Shown here one piece after another: positions 56,592 to 64,000 of a DNA stretch of 64,000 nt. The notes below the pieces were generated by a model. The model did no database searches, was not told where the DNA came from, and saw only the letters and a program-made list of their open reading frames with translations. Made by a program: the position numbers and the translations under genes. Location of the stretch: the IMG/VR virus record IMGVR_UViG_3300042879_006196, positions 124,001-188,000 of that record; one strand, written 5' to 3'. How positions within the stretch are numbered: position 1 is the stretch's first letter; each line of letters opens with the position of its first letter.

Positions 56592-57452
56592 ATGAGCAAA
56601 ATATTTAAAAAAATTGCACAAGGAGATTTTAATTTTAACACTCAAACAAATTCTGCTCAACAGCCATTGGTGTCTGAGTCTAATAAAGATAATGAAGCAC
56701 AAATCTTGTTTGATAAATTAACAGCTCTATCAAGCAAATTGGAAAAACAAAAAGCACAAGCTTCAACTCTGAAATCTAATTATGAGTTATTTAAAACAAG
56801 CACTCCATTTGATGATTCTGAAGTGCCCTCTGCGATTTCTCCATGTTCATCAATAATAAAATTTAATAAATTTATTTCAAGTGATGATTATATTCAAAAA
56901 AATACTGAATATATATCTGGGCTGCAAGAATTATTAAATATATTGAAAGTAATTTTAACTGAAGCCAGTACATTAAAAACAAGTTATGATTCAGCTATTT
57001 CAGCAGCTGGAATTAAAACAAGTGAGTTTGAAAAGGCTAATCCTGAAACTTTGATTCAATCAATCAAAAATGAAGAAACAAAAACACAAACAGAAGTAAT
57101 AATTGCAAACAAAACTTTAAAAATGTTTCAAATTACATTACCTTTCAAACAAAGATATGTAAAAGTATTAGCTCGTTTATGCAGAGCGCAAAACATAAAG
57201 AAAAAACATGATGCTTTAAACTTAAAGTACGTGAGTGATCTTAGGAACTTAAAACTAGGCTATGATGACGCTATAAAAATCATAAAACAATGGCAGGCAG
57301 CTTTTCTTTCACAAGTGCCAAAACAAAAAATCACTTCTAAAGAGCAAGCAGAACTAATGTCAGAAAGTTTTGTTCAAGCTATATTAGAAATAGAAACAGA
57401 AAAAAGAAAACTTGTTTTTGAAAGATTTAAATCTACATTTGGAAGAAAATGA
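56592..57452 (+). CDS. Hypothetical helical protein
   Basis: Starts MSKIFKKIAQ. Confidence 0.6.
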   Translation: MSKIFKKIAQGDFNFNTQTNSAQQPLVSESNKDNEAQILFDKLTALSSKLEKQKAQASTLKSNYELFKTSTPFDDSEVPSAISPCSSIIKFNKFISSDDYIQKNTEYISGLQELLNILKVILTEASTLKTSYDSAISAAGIKTSEFEKANPETLIQSIKNEETKTQTEVIIANKTLKMFQITLPFKQRYVKVLARLCRAQNIKKKHDALNLKYVSDLRNLKLGYDDAIKIIKQWQAAFLSQVPKQKITSKEQAELMSESFVQAILEIETEKRKLVFERFKSTFGRK

Positions 57453-57964
57453 CACAATCTGAAGCCTTCTTAGAATTTGAAGATTTGGGTATAAATGATT
57501 ATATTTTTGAATCAGATAATATTTACTGTGAAAAGCATATGCCTGATTTTAAATATACTGCAGGCGATTTAATAAAGATTAAAAAACCAACAACACAATC
57601 TTACAAAAAAATTTACAAAGATGTTGATTATTATATTGCAAAACAAGAAAAAGTGGTCAAAGAAATAAAATTCACCGAACCTAAAGAAGAAAAAATTGAA
57701 AAAATATCAAACGATGTAAATGAAAAAATAAATAACATCACAAATCACATAAATAAGCAGTTAGACAAATCTAACAAAATGAACGAAGAACAAATTAAAG
57801 AGCTCGAAAAAAATATTGGTAGTTTGTCACAAAGTAAATATATTTCTGATTTTGATTTAAAAAAATTAGAAAATAGAATTATTGATTCAACACAGGACAT
57901 AGTGGATGATTTACAAGAAAAGATAAGTAAACAAACAAAATTTATTGAAAATTTTTTGAAATGA
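57449..57964 (+). CDS. Hypothetical coiled-coil protein
   Basis: 171-aa ORF. Confidence 0.55.
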   Translation: MTQSEAFLEFEDLGINDYIFESDNIYCEKHMPDFKYTAGDLIKIKKPTTQSYKKIYKDVDYYIAKQEKVVKEIKFTEPKEEKIEKISNDVNEKINNITNHINKQLDKSNKMNEEQIKELEKNIGSLSQSKYISDFDLKKLENRIIDSTQDIVDDLQEKISKQTKFIENFLK

Positions 57965-57968
57965 AACT

Positions 57969-60900
57969 ATGCCAGATCAATATGTAAATCCTACTGTCAA
58001 ACCATGCACAGGAAGTTATACTTGGGTTCCTTCTGTTCCGCCAAACATTGGTGGAATAAATCCATTAATTGGATTCAAAAATTTAATTATCGATAAAGGA
58101 TCATTTCGCAATTATTTTGTATCACCAAAAACAAATCCTGATGCAAATGCGCCTGTAATTTTATTGGGAAAAAATACTAACACTGGAAATAGATATTCGC
58201 CAATTATAAATGCCACAAGACCACTAGATTTAAACAATAGAGTGCTTGTGGCTAATGACGATAATGTAGTGTGCAACTACACCTCTGATAAAAATCTGAT
58301 TGAGTTTGAGTTTTCTGCAAGTGAATCCGTAAAACCATTATCTTGTATTCAAATTACTTATGATCTTTCAGCATTTGATCCAAACATCAAGGCAGATGAT
58401 TCTATTATTGAAATTTATGGAGTAGATTCCGCTGGAAAAGAGACAAAAATCACTGACAAAATTTATCTCACAAGGCAAAGAGATTCGGAAACCGAAATCA
58501 ATCTGGAATATGCTCAACAGTTGGATGATACTAATGTAAAATTTACCACAAAATATTTCAAAACAGCTAGTGAAATTTTAAATAGAGATAACTTCCCGAA
58601 GTTTAAAAAAATAATTTTTAGGGCTGTTTCAACATACAAAGATTCTTTTATTATTTTTGTATTGAAAAAAATAATGTTTTTCACTGCAGATCGTGTGAAT
58701 TTTAGATATGATTTAGATGAGAAGCAATTACCATGTAATGCAATTGGCTATTCAATGTTTGTGAATGGTAGTTTTTATCCTGAGATTGGATATCAAAGTG
58801 TTACAGGCGTAATTGGTGGAACAATTGGTGCTACAGGATCTCCTACAGTTTCAAAAGGAGCTGAATCTTGGCCGCCAGGTAATAGATTTACCTCTAATAT
58901 ACATGTAAAATTATTTAACCCAGAGTTTAGAACAAATTCTCCAGGATTTGCACATTCGTTAAATCTTCATTTATTAATTGTATCTTTTCCTGCTTTTGGA
59001 GAATTTGGTAATTCAGTGCTACCAGGAGTTTTACATCCTTATTTTGCTGTCATTGTAGGACCAACCCCTTTCACGCAGCAGATGATTTTTTATGGAAATT
59101 CAGTGGTTCAGGTTGGAAAAAAAACTTTAGCTGTAATTCCTTCTGCCACCTACAAGGGTATCACTGGTCAAATTGAAGTGAGTCGTATTCCTGGGAGTAA
59201 AAAAATACTCACTTATGAAAAGGGTGCAAATTTTGTTTTCAAAAATCAATTTTACTATGAAAGTTTGGGAATAACAACAGCAGAAATTTTTACAAATAGT
59301 TATTTGGATGAGCTGGGAATTCCATCTAATTCAGAGGCATACAATGGTTCACTACCTAGAGGGTCATCTACTCTACAGGCGCAGGAAGCAACTGTTGCTT
59401 TAAGAAATGTTAAACCTTATACTTTTTCATACACAACATATCTTACTAACAAGCCAAATTTGTATGAAATTTTTACTAAAAGTGAACCTTGTTTAATTTT
59501 TAAATGTTCAAATTCAGCTGGATTTACTGCAAGTACGTTTCAGCAACCTGGGTTTTTTAGCGCGGCTATAAAAGGTAGAGTTCTTGATACGCCAGGTTTG
59601 TTTGATACAAAGCTTATATTTAGAGTATTTACTGAAAGAAAAAGCGCGGAAAAAGTAGATTTTACATCCCCTTATCTATTAAATCACAGTTTCAAAATTA
59701 TAGATTCTGGCACACAGGATTCAAAATTGATTCTTGATCAATTTAATTCTTCATGGGATTTTACAAATGTTTTGGTTTCTGGTAATTTATCTGCAAATGA
59801 GCAAAGAATTGAAGTGTCGCAAATTATTAACCCATCTGAGCAAGATTTAAAAAATTTCGTTATAGATCAAAATCCAGAATATGACATTTATTGTGCAATT
59901 TATGCTTTTTCTACTCCAAATGATGTTTTTGCTAATTATGATTTGAAAAAGTATACATCTTTGGACTTGCCATTAGTTTCATTTACAATTGCAGCAGATT
60001 TTGTTTTAACATTGCCAATTTATTATCAAAAGTCATTTTCAAATGGAGGATTTTTAGAAGCTCAAAATGATCAAGGGGCATATGGGTCATATACACCTGA
60101 TACTTCAGCGTACACAGCAGTGACTAATTTATATAATGGGAAACCTGTTAAGGTTGATAGATTTTATAATAATGTATTAAATGAAGTAAGTGGATATTCG
60201 CAGCTTTTTACCTTAGATAGCGAAACTGAAGGGAAATCCACTGAATTCTTTTTAGAATTTTTTAATTCAACAGTCAGTAGAGCAGATTTTTTAATATTGT
60301 TTGACGAAACATCAAGAGCTAAAATTAATTCAGGAAACTGGAAATTAGAAATAGATTTTGAAATCAATGACATTTCTTATTTGGATAATACTTTTATGAA
60401 ATTTGAAATAGATTTGATTAATTCTATCACTTCAAATTTAGTTTTAAAAATTGCTTCATCACCTTATCAAAAGATCGCACCTAAATCTATAATTGAAGAT
60501 ATTGAAATACCATTCTTTTTGCCTTTTTCTGAAAATAAGATTGTGTTGAAGTTGTTTATAAAAAATAATAAAAATAATGGTTTTTTGAAAATAAATAAAC
60601 TTTCACTTACTCAGCAAACATTAGAATACTTTGATTACACAAGACGACTACCACAAACTGCTCCTTTAAATTTCTACGAAGACTTGCCAATACAACCTTC
60701 GTCCTATGTCGGGGGTTGCTCATCATTTGCTTTGTATTTAGATTTGCCTTCTTCGGGGACAATTCTATATGATCCTAGTCCCAGTGGTTCAGGCTTGCCA
60801 ATCAGTGGAGCAATTTACAGTCCGACATGGGTAGTCGAATTACCTGAACAAATGGAATTAAATTATAGAGGAAATATTAATGATAGTTTATTTCCCACAA

Positions 60901-62204
60901 GGGCTAGAGGTATCCAGCCTTACAAAATATTTTTCAGAACTGGAATTGCGAATAAAACAAGAACTGTTGACACAAAAAGACACAGACTAAGCGGATTAAT
61001 TAACACAGTTTACAATTTTCCAAGCTCTTCGTCTGACACATCAATTAAACAACTTGTTTCTGAAAGTTTTTTCAGATTTTCTTTATATCAAAATTATGTT
61101 TATACCCTTAATGCAAACACAAACTTAGTGTTATTGAATTTAGAAAACCCAATGTTATCAAAATCTTCAACTTTATTCTTAGAAGGTCAGAAAACAGTAT
61201 TTGATAAAACAACAACTATTCTTACTGAAAGTCCATTTCCTGGTTACATGAACCTACAACCAGCGCAAGGTGATACATTTTACCCAATCACAGATGATGC
61301 ATACATCAAAGCTAAAATGCAACAATCACAGATTGTGGTTTTTGATTATAAAGATTTTAAAACTTTCACCTTGGGAGTCACCCCAATAGGAAATCTAATT
61401 TACTCAGAAGATCAATTTAATACTACAAATGCTTTTCCACCTTACGCTTTAATTGAAGGTGATCCTAATAATGTAAACTCTAATGCAGAATTAAATAATT
61501 TCAAGAATCTAACTAAAAACACAAACTATGTTGGTCCTGTTCAAACCACATATCCTGGCTTATTTGTCAATAAAAACGATTCTGTCATATTGTATGTATA
61601 CAATCAACAAAATGGAAACAAATCAATTACAAGAAATAATGTTACCATTTATTTTGGCACTGCAATTTATGCCAGAACATTGAATACTGCTGGTCCATCC
61701 AATCCCACCTTATTTTTTGATTTCAAAGCGTTTTTGAGCAAAGTGGATTCAAGTGTCAATAGTTGGGCAGATTTTCCTGTAATAGAGCACATCACTGTTT
61801 GCAAACATGATATATATACATTTGGAAATGAGTTTTATGTTGCGTTTGTTTGTGCTTCAAAAGTATTCATGCTTAAAGCAATTTATGATGCGTATGGTTT
61901 TTTTGTTCCCTCAGTTGCTTTTATTGCAGGCAATCTAAATAAAACAACTAACCCAAGCGAGCAAAAATTTATTGACATTCTGAACAATGCTTTCGAGCGT
62001 TCTACTATTTATAAACTCACCTACCCTAAAGGTTCTAACAATCCATATTCTAAGAATTTGGAATCTTCACAAAGAGTGGGGTTTATTGATTATGATGGAA
62101 AATATGTTGGAATACAATTTTTTGAGACAGACTTTTTAATGGAAGTGGTCTTTGAAAAATCATTTGCAATCGAAGCAGACTTTAGAAAAATAGGATCTGC
62201 TTAG
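57969..62204 (+). CDS. Large putative virion structural protein
   Basis: 1411 aa, beta-rich composition. Confidence 0.55.
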   Translation: MPDQYVNPTVKPCTGSYTWVPSVPPNIGGINPLIGFKNLIIDKGSFRNYFVSPKTNPDANAPVILLGKNTNTGNRYSPIINATRPLDLNNRVLVANDDNVVCNYTSDKNLIEFEFSASESVKPLSCIQITYDLSAFDPNIKADDSIIEIYGVDSAGKETKITDKIYLTRQRDSETEINLEYAQQLDDTNVKFTTKYFKTASEILNRDNFPKFKKIIFRAVSTYKDSFIIFVLKKIMFFTADRVNFRYDLDEKQLPCNAIGYSMFVNGSFYPEIGYQSVTGVIGGTIGATGSPTVSKGAESWPPGNRFTSNIHVKLFNPEFRTNSPGFAHSLNLHLLIVSFPAFGEFGNSVLPGVLHPYFAVIVGPTPFTQQMIFYGNSVVQVGKKTLAVIPSATYKGITGQIEVSRIPGSKKILTYEKGANFVFKNQFYYESLGITTAEIFTNSYLDELGIPSNSEAYNGSLPRGSSTLQAQEATVALRNVKPYTFSYTTYLTNKPNLYEIFTKSEPCLIFKCSNSAGFTASTFQQPGFFSAAIKGRVLDTPGLFDTKLIFRVFTERKSAEKVDFTSPYLLNHSFKIIDSGTQDSKLILDQFNSSWDFTNVLVSGNLSANEQRIEVSQIINPSEQDLKNFVIDQNPEYDIYCAIYAFSTPNDVFANYDLKKYTSLDLPLVSFTIAADFVLTLPIYYQKSFSNGGFLEAQNDQGAYGSYTPDTSAYTAVTNLYNGKPVKVDRFYNNVLNEVSGYSQLFTLDSETEGKSTEFFLEFFNSTVSRADFLILFDETSRAKINSGNWKLEIDFEINDISYLDNTFMKFEIDLINSITSNLVLKIASSPYQKIAPKSIIEDIEIPFFLPFSENKIVLKLFIKNNKNNGFLKINKLSLTQQTLEYFDYTRRLPQTAPLNFYEDLPIQPSSYVGGCSSFALYLDLPSSGTILYDPSPSGSGLPISGAIYSPTWVVELPEQMELNYRGNINDSLFPTRARGIQPYKIFFRTGIANKTRTVDTKRHRLSGLINTVYNFPSSSSDTSIKQLVSESFFRFSLYQNYVYTLNANTNLVLLNLENPMLSKSSTLFLEGQKTVFDKTTTILTESPFPGYMNLQPAQGDTFYPITDDAYIKAKMQQSQIVVFDYKDFKTFTLGVTPIGNLIYSEDQFNTTNAFPPYALIEGDPNNVNSNAELNNFKNLTKNTNYVGPVQTTYPGLFVNKNDSVILYVYNQQNGNKSITRNNVTIYFGTAIYARTLNTAGPSNPTLFFDFKAFLSKVDSSVNSWADFPVIEHITVCKHDIYTFGNEFYVAFVCASKVFMLKAIYDAYGFFVPSVAFIAGNLNKTTNPSEQKFIDILNNAFERSTIYKLTYPKGSNNPYSKNLESSQRVGFIDYDGKYVGIQFFETDFLMEVVFEKSFAIEADFRKIGSA

Positions 62205-62240
62205 GTGAGGACACAACAAGTGTATAAAATAATAAAGTAA

Positions 62241-64000
62241 ATGGCAATTGGCACTTCTATTAATTTAAATACTCCAGAAAATTTTGAATTTCTCAACAAT
62301 CTTGATACTAAACAACAATTAAAGATATTAGTTGAGTTGGGATATTTTGATATAAAATCTAGATCAAATTTTGCCGCAGGATATATTTCCGAAAATGTTA
62401 ATAATCCTTATTTTCCTAATCCAGGAGGAAAACAAGGCGAATCTTTTGTAAAGAACACTGAACTTAAAAAGGTTAAATCACGAAAACTTAATGTTATTAC
62501 AAATGGATTAATGCCTCCGCATGTAGAGATTTCTGGCGCTCCTTATTCTACGTTTGTTGAAGGAACTATTTTACCAGGAGAAACGCATCCTTTTTATGAT
62601 TTAATTGTCGGTCCAACTCAGCCATTTCCTGCACCTATTATATCAGATGGTAACAACACTTCATTAGATTATTTATTTAGAAATCCTGAAATTTTAGATC
62701 AATTTTTTAATGCAGTAAGTAATGTCACCACTCAAGCTTTTAATAAATTAGGAACGCCATTTGTTCCTGGAACAACAAAAACATCTTATGCAGTTAAGGC
62801 AAAAAAAGATAACAAAAATATTGAAGCTTTGCCTACATATAATATATGGCAGGTAGATAATTTACCAGGAGCAGTAAATGGTAATAAACTCATAAACTTT
62901 TCTTTTGAAAACTATTTAGGCTTCTTACCAAAAACAACTGTTGATACTAAAGATATACAACCTTATGCTCAAACATGGTCATTCACTGATACGGCACAAA
63001 TTCAAGTTTATGCTTCTAATTCACAGGTATCAATGACCAGAATATATCCAATGTTTTATGACTACACATGGAATAGCAAAGCAAAATATTTAATTTATAA
63101 CAATGCAACCTTGGATAAGCAACTTGAAGATGTTAGTGTTGGTTTTTCTACTACAATTAACAAGCCAGTAGGTTTTAGTATAAGATTTTCAAGTGTTGTG
63201 TTAAGCAATAATCCACCAACACAAGCTTCAACAAACGCTGCTGTTTTATCTGAATCTCGCTTGATTATTTCATGGGGGTATTTACCTAACTCCCCTATTA
63301 CTACACAAGCAGATTGTGATAATTTAGTTTCTAACGATAAGGTGTTTTTATATACTTTAGAAATTAGCCCAAATGATTCTCCAAGATTATTTTTTAACTT
63401 GTCAAATTTAAATATGCAAAATATAAATGCGGCAGCAAATTATAAATCCGTTGAATTAAATAATCTTAAACGAATTACATCTCCTAACAAAAACTCTGGA
63501 GACAAAACTCCAAATGATTATGAATTGTATGTTTTCTATTCTGGTCAATATTTGTATATTGGAAATGAAAAAGATCCTTCCTCATGGCAAGTGATTAAAA
63601 AACCAACAATTCCTTTGAGTAATGAACCAGGTAATGCTTTTGCAACAAAAACTTTCGAACACTATTTAGATGAAAAATCATACGTTAACATTCAGGCTCA
63701 ATACATGAATTTCACGTTTTGCTATGGTCCTCCACTTTTTGACCCCCATGACGATCAAAATATTCCAGCTCTGGGCGCAGATAAGCTTGCTAATACTTTA
63801 AACTTTGCTCAATTTAATACACCGTATGATAATAAATCATCAATACCAACAAAAGAACAAGTGCTTAAATCATTAAAAGAAAACACTGCGCTTACATTTG
63901 AAAACACAAACCCTAATCAACAAATTGGCGGAGCAACAGTTTATCATGATATTAGAACTGGTCCAGTTGAAAATTTATATGATGTTTTAATTGAGGATTT
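62241..64000 (+). CDS. Large putative virion protein, truncated by the window end; absent from the ORF track
   Basis: ATG at 62241 (MAIGTSINLNTPENFEFL...), apparently open to the window end; AGG-N18-ATAA motif upstream. Confidence 0.65.
   Translation, partial: MAIGTSINLNTPENFEFLNNLDTKQQLKILVELGYFDIKSRSNFAAGYISENVNNPYFPNPGGKQGESFVKNTELKKVKSRKLNVITNGLMPPHVEISGAPYSTFVEGTILPGETHPFYDLIVGPTQPFPAPIISDGNNTSLDYLFRNPEILDQFFNAVSNVTTQAFNKLGTPFVPGTTKTSYAVKAKKDNKNIEALPTYNIWQVDNLPGAVNGNKLINFSFENYLGFLPKTTVDTKDIQPYAQTWSFTDTAQIQVYASNSQVSMTRIYPMFYDYTWNSKAKYLIYNNATLDKQLEDVSVGFSTTINKPVGFSIRFSSVVLSNNPPTQASTNAAVLSESRLIISWGYLPNSPITTQADCDNLVSNDKVFLYTLEISPNDSPRLFFNLSNLNMQNINAAANYKSVELNNLKRITSPNKNSGDKTPNDYELYVFYSGQYLYIGNEKDPSSWQVIKKPTIPLSNEPGNAFATKTFEHYLDEKSYVNIQAQYMNFTFCYGPPLFDPHDDQNIPALGADKLANTLNFAQFNTPYDNKSSIPTKEQVLKSLKENTALTFENTNPNQQIGGATVYHDIRTGPVENLYDVLIED

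Overview
This is AT-rich (roughly 30% GC by eye) DNA from a large tailed phage using the standard genetic code. The window opens with a truncated tnpB-only IS200/IS605-type element (1-1200). A + strand head-morphogenesis module follows (1.2-23 kb): small and large terminase, about 10 putative internal head proteins, a portal fused to a DUF559/Vsr-like nuclease, a 1402-aa prohead protease, a scaffold, a decoration protein and an HK97-fold major capsid protein. Next comes an accessory block with a prepilin-type protein that suggests an Armatimonadota-like host, FeoA, RmlA and a VWA lipoprotein. A - strand neck/tail block covers 30.3-45.3 kb. After it are a secreted barnase/Sa-type RNase, two tRNA arrays (5 + 11 genes), an amidase endolysin, an ATE/Bpt-like transferase, RusA and further virion proteins. 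The best discovery is upstream of the tRNA arrays. Each array is preceded by a short leader ORF, missed by the ORF track, whose codons list the amino acids of the tRNAs in that same array (LLHSYPAYAP before Pro/Tyr/Leu/His/Ala; QGSMVGCFIWSTQGGSG before Gly/Phe/Ser/Ser/Gln/Ile/Val/Met/Cys/Trp). Each leader is followed by alternative antiterminator/terminator hairpins and a boxA-like site, which looks like a multiplexed, tRNA-depletion-sensing transcription attenuator. Other signals are a 9-mer (AGATTGTGT) present at least 35 times on both strands, a candidate late-promoter motif (AGG-N17/18-W[G/T]AA) and a pervasive [K/R]-x-A putative head-protease cleavage motif. All family calls come from motif recognition by eye; no searches were run.
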